Assembly (NCBI RefSeq): GCF_036588685.1
Contig: NC_086386.1
Coordinates: forward strand, 47,554,001-47,618,000
Reading direction: 5' to 3'
DNA from: Mytilus trossulus
Lineage: Eukaryota
DNA: 64,000 nt
Positions 39,862-52,146 of the stretch are shown piece after piece. A program made the position numbers and the translations under genes. The notes beneath the pieces were generated by a model, which ran no database searches, was not told where the DNA came from, and worked only from the letters and a program-made list of their open reading frames with translations. Every line of letters starts with the position of its first letter. Positions within the stretch are counted from its first letter, which is position 1.

Positions 39862-40080
39862 TGCACATGGAGTATATATCTCACAGTTGATACGATATTT
39901 CAGAGCTTGCATTTCCAATAAAGATTTTCTTGATAGAGATTTGATGCGTACAAGGAAGTTATTGGACGTTCTAAGTGGTGACGTTGAAACTATCACTTCG
40001 GAATAAATTTGTTTGAACACCATGACGAGCTGTTTGACCGTGATGAACATCTGGTACACAGCTGACGACGGATATGTTCA
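39862..40080 (+). pseudogene. Penelope-like retroelement RT C-terminal relic
   Basis: Translates AHGVYISQLIRYFRACISNKDFLDRDLMRTRKLL, then frameshifted L..SLR..HHD-like sequence. (Y)GVYISQLIRY is a characteristic PLE motif (from recall). Confidence 0.72.
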
Positions 40081-40083
40081 AAT

Positions 40084-40474
40084 AGACCACTTTCGAGTTC
40101 ATCTGTCACCGGAAAAAAATCGTCAATTATACGCGCCTTTATCACCGTCATTTGTGCGTTTAGGGGCGTCGTCACGTCCCTTCCAATATTGAGCGAGTGG
40201 TTGGAAAACTATAATTCTATATTGTACCAATTATTCGGCAAATTGAATTCTCAAAATTGACAATCAACACTGCTATCATTAGGGAATTGTCAGTAAGTAC
40301 CTACAGAGCAACCATTATTTCTAGTTTATCCTGAACAAAGACGATCACTAAGACGCTTGATGAACGTAAATAGTGTAGGGATACAGGAGACCCCCTCTAT
40401 CTGGTAAATGACGTCATAAAGGCGTGCATAATTGACGAGTTTTTGCCGGTGACGGATGAACTCGAAAGTGGTCT
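40084..40474. mobile_element. Non-autonomous TIR element (about 70-bp TIRs) abutting the PLE relic
   Basis: agaccactttcgagttcatctgtcaccgg...cgtcaattatacgcgccttt versus aaaggcgtgcataattgacg...ccggtgacggatgaactcgaaagtggtct. Confidence 0.85.
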
Positions 40475-41050
40475 TTTGTCTGTTCCGAGTTTCTTACCAC
40501 CCAGTTTTTGGTAGAGTTCGTTTTGTTAAGTTTTCTATGTTGTGTTTTAAGTATGTTGTTTGTCTAGTTGTCGTTTTTAGTTTTTAGACAGGATGACATT
40601 GTCAGTTTGTTATTGTCGATTTATAAGCTTAAATATCGCTTTGATATATTTCGTCTCTCTCATACATAATAACATTAATTCAATACCTACCAATATACAA
40701 CTAATATTGGATGCAAATTAGTGAATACTGTCCCGAAAAGATTTCAATAATGCCCGAACTTGGGAGAGGACATTGTTTGATCTATGGGGGAATATATCAG
40801 CAGATATTCGTGCAATAACGGTTTTATAGTACAATTTATAGTTTAGCTTGAAGATGTGTTTCAAGCATAAATTTTCTGCTACCGTTTCGAAATATTGAAA
40901 AAATGCACTTCATATGTTAGAGAGTTTCAATTTTGAGTTGGGAAGATCGCAAATAGACACATTCGTTAGCCGTGAAACAATGAATTGGAATGATTTATTA
41001 AACAAAAATAAGTAATGAATATAAAAATTGATATACTGAATGATTGCAAT

Positions 41051-41213
41051 CAGGGGCGGATCCAGCCATTTAAAAAAAGGGGGGGGGGGTTCACAACCCA
41101 GTACAAAGGAGGGGGTCCAACTATATGTCCACATTCAAATGCATTGATCGTCAAAAAAAAAGGGGGGTTACAACCCCCGGAACCCCCCCCCCCCTCCCCT
41201 GGATCCGCCACTG
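41051..41213. mobile_element. hAT-type MITE, 163 bp
   Basis: TIR CAG(G/T)GGCGGATCCAG; perfect 8-bp TSD attgcaat at 41043-41050 and 41214-41221. Confidence 0.88.
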
Positions 41214-41569
41214 ATTGCAATACAATGAGACAACCTTCTAACAGACGACACATGACACATATCTGGTTACACGCCATTATTCCGACAGCCCATTAGTCCG
41301 ACAGCCCATTGCTCCGACAACCCATTAGTCCGACAGCCCATTGCTCCGACAACCCATTAGTCCGACAACCCAATACTCCGACAACCCATAAGTCCGACAC
41401 TTAACAAGTAAAGTATCAGGGAATTAGGGTAAAATAAAATTTGTCTGTCCGTATATATAACATAAGGATAAGGTAGTTCGAATAATTTCTATATACTCAA
41501 TTCGAAATCTGTATATACATATAACAGAAAAGAATATTTCATTTTCCAAATTAAAGGATCTTTAAAGAC

Positions 41570-41963
41570 CATAAAAATCAAGAGCAAACATTGATGGTAC
41601 CCCCATCCAGACATTTAGGTATACAGGAATTTTTGAGTTGCGAATCCGAAAAAAGCATCACACAGTATAACTGAATAATATAAACCTTGAAACCAAATTT
41701 CAGAAATCATTGTATTGTAGTTCCTGAGAAAAATGTGACGAAAATTTTCAACTTGGTTGTCATGTATAAGTATTAATTGAATTTGAAAACGCATCACACG
41801 ACATAGCCAACTTCAATAAACCTTTCAGAAATCCTTGTAATGTATTTCATGAAAAAGATGCAACGAAAATATTTATGGGACGGACGGACGGACGGGTGGA
41901 TGGATGGTTGAACGGACGGACAGACAGAGGTAAAACAGTAAACCCCATCTTTTTCGAAGCGGT
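41570..41963 (+). mobile_element. Short HINE-like element with (ggac)n microsatellite, nested
   Basis: Internal repeated gaaa..ccttg/ttcagaaatc blocks, (ggac)n at 41878-41925. Left boundary approximate. Confidence 0.5.
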
Positions 41964-42174
41964 GGTCTAATGACTTGGTCAACATTATAAGACATTACAA
42001 TACTAATATGATATAATTATCTTTATAGCACTATAAGCCTCAGTCACAATCGGAGCCAAGACAAAATAGAAAAAAACAACTAACACAATGATATCAAAAA
42101 CAGTCAGTATCAACATAACTTTTCAAAGTTCTTAAATGTGCTAGAAATATGGTGAATGAGTTCCTCCCTCTAAA

Positions 42175-42333
42175 ACTTTTAGGAATGTTGGTCCTCAATG
42201 CTCTTCAACTTCGTACTTTATTTGGCCTTTTTAACTTTTTTGGATTCGAGCGTCACTGATGAGTCTTTTGTAGACGAAACACGCGTCTGGCGTATACATA
42301 AAAATCAGTCCTGGTATCTATGATGAGTTTATT
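42175..42333 (+). ncRNA. Truncated retrozyme with core-intact hammerhead (42250-42293)
   Basis: gcgtca CTGATGA gtcttttgtagac GAAA cacgcg TC^ tggcgt; tail gtcctggtatctatgatgagttt. Confidence 0.82.
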
Positions 42334-44254
42334 TAATATTATGAAGTGAGCATTCGGTTAAAAAATGACGCTCATCCTCAATTTTATAAGCTGTACAATT
42401 CGATTTTATGAGTATCTAGCATTTTCAATTTTTAATGTAATGGAAGAGCACCGATTCTGAATTAACATATGAACTACTTTTCTTAAAATAAATGATATCT
42501 AAATATTTTTCTTGAAAATAATCTTTTGAAATGAAAAATAAGTGTCAAGTTTCCAACAAAACACATAATGTACTAAGTTTTTAAAGTTAGACAATTTGAC
42601 GAAGACACAAGCGGGACAAGAATGTCACACATTGTCTTAGATTTTTTACTAGTTTGTTATTGGATTTTATACTGCACTCGGTCTATTTGAGCAGTCAAAA
42701 TGCGTTGACTGTATATTTCTATGACATATACAGTCACTGACCCGATATTACTTTTCCTTATGAATATTTAGATAGAAGTTGCCGAAATATTCTTGTCCGT
42801 CATATTTGTTTTTCGTAACAAGTTTTGTTGTAAATCATCATTTCTGCATCTCCGCCAACCATAATAAAAGAGACATGTTTTTCTAGATTTTAAAATAAGC
42901 TCAGGATATAAAATCGGTATCCCAAAAAATATATCGAGTTTCATCTCTCAGATCGCTATTGGAAGTGCTGTGTACTGTCTCCGTATTTCGTGGAATCACA
43001 TTCCCGAACATATACCGTATTCATAATTAGAATTGCTCATCTTTTCTGAGCACATATTTTGTCCTATTTGTCTTCTTATTGTTTAGGATCTGCATGGGTA
43101 TGTATTTGTCGCTTTGTTTTTGTCATTTTGACTGACGTGACATAAGCCCATTATTTCTGCGACAAAATTAATTTAAATAAAACTCAGACGAGTTATACAA
43201 AGAGAGAAAGTGTTGGTAGAGTTATCCAACTCCGGTATATTTATTTATGTAGTTAATAGTTGGGAAACCTCACTCCCCTGATAAGCGAAAAAGAGGGAAC
43301 CGAAGATCTAGTGAAAAAAGGTAGACCAAGACACACATGCAAAAAATAGCGAACTAAAACAAATTTAAATTTAATTACAGCTGACTATGCGGTATGGGCT
43401 TTGCTCATTGTTGAAGGCCGTACGGTGACATATAGTTGTTAATGTCTGTGTCATTTTGGTCTTTTGTGGATAGTTGTCTCATTGGAAATCATACCATATC
43501 TTCTTTTTTTATAAAACAGCACAGACTGATACACAGCTAAATATAAAGATACGTAAAACGAAAGTGAGACGAGGGTAAGCACTGAGCATGTGTATTAACT
43601 TCAATATACGGAAACAAATTTCCCGCATGGAAAGAATATTTGTAATCAAAACGGACAACCACAAATATCATAGAGAAAGGAGTTGGTCGTTTTAGAGTAA
43701 ATTTACCCATACACATAAGAAAAACGCATTGTCGGAATAATGGGCTGTCGGAGTAATGGGTTGTCGGAATAGTGGGCTGTCGGAGTAATGGGCTGTCGGA
43801 ATAGTGGGCTGTCGGAGTAATGGGCTGTCGGAATAATGGTTGTCGGACTAATGGGATGTTACCTATAATCTTATATAGGTAAATGTTCAAATGACTACTA
43901 CAAAGTTCAAATAGGTCATGCAAGTAAAATCAATCTTGGATTAATGTGGTATAAGTTATAAATTGAATGATTAATTACGTTTCTTAAATGGTATTGAAAT
44001 CAATTGAGAAACAAAGATTACATCAACATTGTTTTTTTTCAAATGCACGCATCATCGCGTCACCGTGGCCAGTATGAATTTACTCTGTATTAAAAAAAAA
44101 CGAATTTCAGTTGGAACTTTACTTGTAAAAGCTTGAATGAGTAGAAATATTGCAAAATGAGAATTTGAAATTACCGATAGAGACAAGAAGATGGTCAGTT
44201 ATTCATTGGAGAAGCAGGATTTCTCAGATCCAGATCATGTAAAGGAGATGAGTG

Positions 44255-44452
44255 CCATTACATTTACTCAATTACTAGTAAACGGGCATAGTCCTCACTA
44301 TTTGAGTAATCTTATTCAACCTTATAGGGGAAATGTTCATACACATAACCTCAGGCTCAACTTATCTATTGACAATTTTGAGATTTTATTTCAGAATAGT
44401 GTCTAATGAAAATAGCATTATACTTAGTAGTCTACGCTTTTGGAATGCCTCA
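44255..44452 (+). pseudogene. Old CR1-group LINE ORF2 C-terminal relic
   Basis: LLVNGHSPHYLSNLIQP..HTHNLR ... SLRFWNA parallels KIQNNNAPEYLCNLVPP..QYPLR ... TIKLWNN of the intact ORF2. Confidence 0.55.
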
Positions 44453-46138
44453 CCCACATCAACAGTTTTTGTTGATTTTTTGGCTCAATATTTGTCAGAT
44501 TCATGCACATAGACTGTTTTTTTTTCCAGTTTAAATGGTTTTATACTAGTATTTGTTTGGCCTTTTAAAGCTTGCTGTTCGGTGTGAACCAAGGCTCCGT
44601 GTTAAAGGCCGTACCTTGAACTATAATTGTTTACTTTTATGAATTGTTACTTGGATGGAGAGTTGTCTCATTGGCACTCATACCACATCTCCCTATATCT
44701 ACATACCTTGCAACTTGTCAGATTTTGCCATAAAACTACATAACCCTGGCGAAATGACACATATGGGAAGAGAACACACGTATCTGGCAAATGATACATA
44801 CAGACAGAAACATAAACACTGAAAGCTTCATCACTTATCTAACAGATCACAACACCCAAACCACAGTGACCTATACGAAGATCCAAGCCATTTCTTTATT
44901 TAATGCCCTGCTTATGATATTCTTAGACTTGAACTTCAGAATATTTTTTAAAATTCATTATGGCAGGGAAGTCGTGTGGTAATTGGACTGTAAAAAGTTA
45001 TCTCAAATGTTCTAATTTGTGAAATTTTGTTTATGGAAATTACAATACAATAATACTTAATTCTCAAATATACCATCATACCTATGATATCATAAGTAAC
45101 ATCCTACAATATAATCAATATTCAGAAACTGTAATACAAGTTAAAATATCATACCTTATTTATAAAAAAAAGAAATAACAAACAAACAAAAATCACTTAA
45201 TGGATTTTGTGAAACCAAAATTCTTTTGAGGGATTATCGTCATCATAAAAATAGCGAAGGTCAGCAATCGAAGAAGTTGATAATATGATTTTATCTTATA
45301 CATTTTAAGGATTCCATTGTTTCGTTATAGAGATGCATTATTTATCCATCATTATCATATCATGACCGTTGTTGAATATCAATTGCATGATATGCTACTT
45401 TCGTTATTTTTTAGAATTTAAATTGTGTTGACACAAATGTAGTATTTGTCTTGTTGCTTTTTACTGTGAAGGATGCATACAGGCTCTAGCTTACAATCCA
45501 AATCCTTTGAGTTATTTTCTAAATAGAATAAATTTGAATAAATGAGTTCAATTATTTGTTCGTTTTTAATTGCTTCCTTGTCAACGATCTTGGATTAGAG
45601 AAAATGATACATATCTCTGTAAAGTACAAACAATTTGATTGGAGATAGGATGAAAGAACAGATATAATTTTGTCACGATCTTATGTTCAGTGTATAAGAA
45701 ATCTCAACCTTCTTAATTCTTTTTATATTTTCAAAAATTGCTTTTGATGAATCTAGACAAAGAAAGATGGGTATCAATTATTGTTATGTGAATGTATGTT
45801 AGTATATGCTGATCTATTTATATAGTACTTAATTCTTTATTCCTGTCAATACTTGAATTCTATGTGGCTTATTAGTAGAATAAAAAGTGTGGGGGTAGTG
45901 GTTAAAGTAGATTAAAGTCAACAAGTTAGCCAGTGTCCTCTTTCAGTTTCATGTTTGTTGTTTCGAATCCTCTTATACATGCTGTGTACAGGTTGATAAA
46001 ACATTATTATTAAAAAAAAACTGAATAGTCAAACGCTTTTATAATGAAAATAATTTTTTGAAAAGCATAAAATCATTTCTATAAGATACGAATAATCAGA
46101 GAAAACAGTGTTCATATTATTCATTAAGATAGGCGGAG

Positions 46139-46281
46139 ATATTATACAAATATAGCCTTTGTATGAGGTCGATACAAGGATATATTGACCTAAAAGAAGT
46201 ATATTGACTGAGGATTCGATATACTTCTTTGGGTCGATATATCCTGTATTGACCTCATACAAAGGCTATATTTGTAATATT
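46139..46281. repeat. Long near-perfect palindrome
   Basis: tacaaatatagcctttgtatgaggtc..aaagaagtatat / atatacttcttt..gacctcatacaaaggctatatttgta. Confidence 0.88.
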
Positions 46282-46870
46282 ATTAATTTCCGACCATATT
46301 TGTATCAAAATCGTCATTTAAGTTTGTTGGAATTTTATTAATATTACATCAATTTGTCTACTTGACAATAACAACATATAAGTTGTTATTTAATTTACTT
46401 TTTTTTGACATCTTATGTATTTGAAGATTTTTTCCGTCAAATTATTGATCACAGATATCATGTGTTTCAAAACGTTAAACAATATCCTGAAATTCATTAC
46501 ATGACGTCACAAAGTATATCGGTTTTTAGATATTCTAAAAATAACCGTGCGATATGCATTTTGCCGGTCAATATGCTTTTTGCTATACGCCGTTTTCTCT
46601 CTACCTTCGGAAATATAGTTTAACATGTGACTATGCATAAACGAATCAAATTTGTTAAATAATACGAATTAATAATGTATATATATATCATTCTATAATC
46701 GTTACTCAATGTTGCGTCATACGACATGGTTTGGTTCCATACGGTATGGGTTGTTTTCATATAGAAATAAAAGATAAAAAAAAATATTATACGCTTAAAA
46801 CATTACTGAGTAGTATTCCAAAATATTTCAAACAAGAAACTCTGACAGGTACGCCGTGAGATAAAAAAAA

Positions 46871-48178
46871 ACTAGAGGCTCTAAAGAGCCTGTGTCGCTC
46901 ACCTTGGTATAGATGTGTATTAAACAAAGGAAGCAGACAGTTCATGACAAAATTGTGTTTAGGTGATTGTGATGTGTTTGTACATCTTACTTTACTGAAA
47001 ATTCTTGCTGCTTACAATTATCTTTATCTATAATGAACTTGTCCGTGTAGTTTCAGTGGAAAATGTTAGTAAAAATTTACAAATTTTATGAAAATTGTTA
47101 AAAATTGATTATAAAGGACAATAACTTCTTACGGGGTCAATTGAACATTTGGTCATTTTGACTTATTTTTGAGTCTTAAATTGCTGTACATTATTGCTGT
47201 TTACAGTTTAACTCTATCTATATTAATATTCAAGATAATAACCCAAAACAGCAAAATTTCCTTAAACTTACCAATTTAGGGGCAGCACTCTAACAACGAG
47301 TTGTCCCATTCATCTTAAAATTTCAGGGCAGATAGATCTTGACCAGATAAACAATTTTACCCCTTGTCAGATTTGCTCTAAATGCTTTGGTTTTTGAGTA
47401 ATAATCAAAAACTGCATTAAACCTCCATGTTCTATTTTTAGCCATGCCGGCCATCTTGGATGGTTGGCCGGGTCAAAAAACACAAACTTTAAACTAGATA
47501 CATTAATGATGATTGTGGTCAAGTTTGGATTAATTTGGCCCGGTAGTTTCAGAGGAGAAGATTTTTGTAAAAGAACATGGATATTTACGAAAAATGGTTA
47601 AAAATTGACTATAAAGGGCAATAACTCCTAAAGGGGTCAACTGACCATTTTGGTCATGTTGACTTATTTGTAAATCTTACTTTGCTGAACATTATTGCAG
47701 TTTACAGTTTATCTACATCTATAACAATATTCAAGATAATAACCAAAAACAGTAAAATTTCCTTAAAATTACCAATTTAGGGGCAGCAACCCAACAATGG
47801 GTTGTCTGATTCATCTGAAAATTTCAGGGCAGATAGATCTTGACCTGATAAACAATTTTCCCCTTTGTCAGATTTGCTATAAATGCTTTGGTTTTTGAGT
47901 TATAAGCCAAAAACTGCATTTTACCCCTATGTTCTATTTTTAGCCATGGCGGCCATCTTGGATAGATGGCCAGGTAAAAAAACACAAACTTTAAACTAGA
48001 TACATCAATGATGATTGTGGCCAAGTTTGGTTAAATTTGGCCCAGTAGTTTCAGAGAAGATTTTTGTAAAAGTTAACGCCGGACGACGACGGACGACGAC
48101 AGACGACGACGGACGACGACGGACGACAGACGCCAAGTGATGAGAAAAGCTCACTTGGCCCTTCGGGCCCGGTGAGCT
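46871..48178 (+). mobile_element. Second copy of the same HINE-like element
   Basis: Same termini, (ggacgacgac)n microsatellite, 3' hairpin gctcacttggcccttcgggcccggtgagc. Internal units start near 47092 and 47592. Confidence 0.78.
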
Positions 48179-48386
48179 TAAAATGAAAATAACATTACTT
48201 CAAAGGATACTTCGTGCAATTATGTAGTCCAAATCATTTGGAATAGCAAATATGAGATCATATAATAATGCACTGAAGAATGCAGATCTATAACTTTGTA
48301 CAGCGGATATTTTAATATTTTAAAGATCAGCTGTTTTGCATGTAAACCTATGGAGCAGTCAATTACAAGACTGCAACCTGCATACA

Positions 48387-48531
48387 TTGACTGAGCGCTT
48401 AACAATTATTCACTGTTTGTCTCCCCTTCCTTTATTTCTACAGTGCAAACTATCGTTGACTGAGCGCTAAACAATTATTCGCTGTTTATCTCCCCTTCCT
48501 TTATTTCTACAGTGCAAACTATCGTTGACTG
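48387..48531 (+). repeat. 69-bp tandem duplication
   Basis: ttgactga at 48387, 48456 and 48525. Confidence 0.9.
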
Positions 48532-51500
48532 ACTAAGCTTAATGATAATTGTCATATTGATACACCTGATAGGGAAAGATAACGCATTGAATTACCACAT
48601 GATAAAAGTAAATAAATAATTTATATTTTTATTTGAGGGAAGTTATGACATCTGTAGATTAAAGGTAGGAATACAGGATAAATGCGAGTTGAATGTTAGG
48701 CCAGTGCTAAATCTATCATTGTATTCATTCCCTTGTCCTGTTCCAATCATTTATTCACCCGTTCACTCATTTGATTCTGATGATAATGAATTAATGTATT
48801 ATATGTGGTTTGTAGTAACAAACAAGACCAATTGGATTATTTTCATAATGTTCTACTATGATTCTTTCCGTTTAGAATACTATTCACTTAAAAAAAAAGT
48901 TTAAAAACTTAAAAAATCATGTTCACATTGATGTTCTTTTTTTTCTTTTTGTCAAGATATTTTTAAATTGTTTCCAAACTTCTTTTTTTAAATAATTTTA
49001 ATTTTAGAAATATATATGATCTTCTGTCGACTGTAAAACTGAACTATATTCCATGTAATGCACTTTTCGTGTAGTTCAGTCCTTTTCAATAGCTGTTAAC
49101 CACACGGGAGCTGTATAATATCTAAATATAGCTTTATCTGAACATAGCTTGAAAACAAATAAACTGAGATAAAGGGTATTCGCTAATTAATGACATCACG
49201 ATCTAAAGTTGCAAGGCAATTTCATTTGAATTAACGAAGAAAAACATTTTTTCTCGACATTTGTATTTGTTTTGAAAATGCATGGTTTATTTACTATTAG
49301 ACTTCAATCAATTAACAAAATTCTACTCGAAGTAATGTAGTAGGTGGTTTTCTATGCTTAGGAATAACACCAATGAGAGCTTAAAGGTTCTGATGATTTA
49401 TTTACCAGTATATAAAACAAGTCACTTGTGGAGTGAGTTGTGCTGATACGGTTAACGGCACATCATATAAACAACAATCATGTGCTCTACATAATTACAT
49501 TACATGGAGTCAGTATTCTATAATAATGTTGTCCAAAATATATAAGGTTTACAGGTAAACTATGTGGTCAAGATAAACAGACATAAATTCAATGGACTGT
49601 CATGGCTATCGTCCGTGGAAATGTACAGGTCCAAAACAAAGGAAATTAAACTTGACCGCGAAATATAAACAGCCAATCAGATACAATGATTTAAGTAAAT
49701 CCCTAATGAATATTCATAAAATAACGTGAATATTACTATACATAAAAATAAGGTTTGCAAGTAATAATTTAAACTGAATATAAAATATTCAAAATATGTA
49801 ATAAAGCTTTTATAATAAATATAGTATTTAAATAGATGATTTTTACAATATATAAAATGATCATAAAAATCACTCTACTACAGTAATACTTTTAAAAGAT
49901 ATCTCAATATGAATATTGATCCGGCACTTAAATGTTAAAACTGTGTAAATCGTAAAGAACAAATACAGTAACCATTTTTAAACATCTATCTTATCAAAAG
50001 ATTCACGTATGTGGAAAACTTCTCGCCGATTCAATTTACTTTTTCTATGGTCTAACAGAATCTACAACCCATTACCACTGTTACGTTTGGTCCTTGGTGC
50101 TGTTCATCTTTGTACTTGTTTTGGCTTTCAAACTTTTGTTTCTGGGCGTCACTAGTAGGTCTTGTGTGGACAAAATGCACTTCTGGCGTATTAAAATTCT
50201 AACTTGTTGCCTTTTGTTGGCTGTTGTTCGTGTGATTCTTTGTCAATTGTGTTCTCCAATTTATTTATATTGTAGTCCTGTGGTGTTGTGTTGTCATATT
50301 GATGTTGTATTTCACATGGCCATAAAAGTGCGAGGTTTGGCATGCCACAAAACAAGGTTCAACCCACCATTTTTTCCTTTAAAAATGACCTGTACCAAGT
50401 CAGGAATATGGCCATTGTTAAATTATAGTTCGTTTCTGTGTGTGTGTTACATTTTAACGTAGCGTCGTTTGTTTTCTCTTATTTTTGAGTGTAAATTCAC
50501 ATTGCGATAAAACGTGTCACGGTACTTGTCTATCCCAAATTCATGTATTTGGTTTTCATGTTATATTTGTTATTCTCGTGGGATTCTGTCTGATGCTCGG
50601 TCCGTTTCTGTGTGTGTTACATTTTAGTGTTATGTCGTTATTCTCCTCTTATATTTAATGCGTTTCCCTCGGTTTTAGTTTGTTACCCCGTTTTTGTTTT
50701 TTGTCCATGGATTTATGAGTTTATGAACAGCGGTATAGTACTGTGGTCTTTATTTACTGCAATGATTATAATTTATTTTAAAATATGGAAATGCTATATT
50801 CCGATAAAAAATCTACTTTCCGAAAATTTCTGTTCTGAGATGAAAACTACATAGATTTTTATTTAAATAGATTTTATTTCAATAGTATGCTAATAAAATT
50901 CAAATGAAATAATTTACGGATTCTGCAATGACTTCCTTCAGCCATATAGTATAAACATTAAGGATGATGTATGCATCTGGCTTTTATTATATATACTGTA
51001 CGAAAGGTTACACAGTGGTAATTCCTTCTCCATACCCGGATCATGATAAGGCTGTTTAGAATTTTAACCGGCTTTTTTTTTTTACACCGATCCAGAACGT
51101 ACATTCACGGTTAATGGAAGTACTTTCATTTTAATATTCAGAAATAAATGAGAAAATATTGAATCAACGATGACCATCTTCTTTTTACTGCTATCTAGTT
51201 AGTAAACGTAAGACCATTCGGGCTTTGTGACCTTTCGTCTTGCAGTGAATCCAAAATGTTTACAAATTAATTTTCACTTTTGTGTAAAGTCATTTAAAAC
51301 ATTTTAAAACACCTGACTTATTTTTTGCTGGAAAAATATGTTCAGTAGATGCTGCATTTGTTTTGTCCAATATTAGTGTTTAGTTATATTGACCTTAGTA
51401 TGGTATACAGAAGAGAAATCTAGTTCTCGAAAGTAAATACGATCGTTACACCTAAATGCGTAATACTTATATAAAACAATATTTATCATATTAACAAGGT

Positions 51501-51787
51501 TAAACAGTAAAGATTTTATCTGTTTATATCGCAAATCAAATTAATATTAGTTGCATATTTTTAAGATATGGGGAAGTTTCACTACACGTTAAGCTTCCTT
51601 GTAAGTGCAAAATAGTTTTTTTATGTGTGTTTTGGAAAAAAGGGGGAGGGGAATTTGTATAGTATATCTATTACATTTTTTTCAATTAACACTTGGAATC
51701 AATGCAGGTATAGTTAAACTCCTTCTAAAATGAAAATTAATTTTTGTCATAGTGTGGTCTCCTTCAATTATAGAGTAGGACATACTG

Positions 51788-52146
51788 TAACTATTTACAC
51801 CACTGGGTCCATGCCACTGATGGTGGCCGTTTCGTCCCCAAAGGTATAACCAGTCCAGTAGTCAACACCGAACGGTGTTCACATGCATATCAATAATGTG
51901 GTCATATTTATTAATTTCTTGTTACAAAAGTTTGAAGTTTTCTAAAAACTAAGGATTCACTTATCCCATGCATAGATTAGCCGTAATTGTCACAACGTTT
52001 TGGAATTTTTGATCATCAATGCTCTTAAACTTTGTACTTGTTTGGCTTTATAAATATTTGGATGTGAGCGTCACTGATGAGTCTTTTGTAGACGAAACGC
52101 GCGTCTGGCGTACTAAATTATAATCCTGGTAACTTTGATAACTATT
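51788..52146 (+). ncRNA. Retrozyme monomer with intact type I hammerhead (52068-52111)
   Basis: gcgtca CTGATGA gtcttttgtagac GAAA cgcgcg TC^ tggcgt. The body is homologous to 19474-19833. Confidence 0.88.

Larger units (their letters stand above)
41265..43863. mobile_element. 2.6-kb non-autonomous DNA transposon with inverted subterminal 16-bp tandem arrays (Zisupton/foldback-like)
   Basis: Left GGTTACACGCCATTATTCCGACA plus (ccattagtccgacagc)n to about 41400. Right (gtcggagtaatgggct)n from about 43728, ending GATGTTACC. Confidence 0.72.

Noticed and set aside
43537-43923. 128-aa ORF
   Set aside because: Translation of a 16-bp subterminal repeat array.
49660-49720. CCAAT plus ATGAATATTCAT as a promoter
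   Set aside because: No linked exon or start site can be supported from sequence alone.
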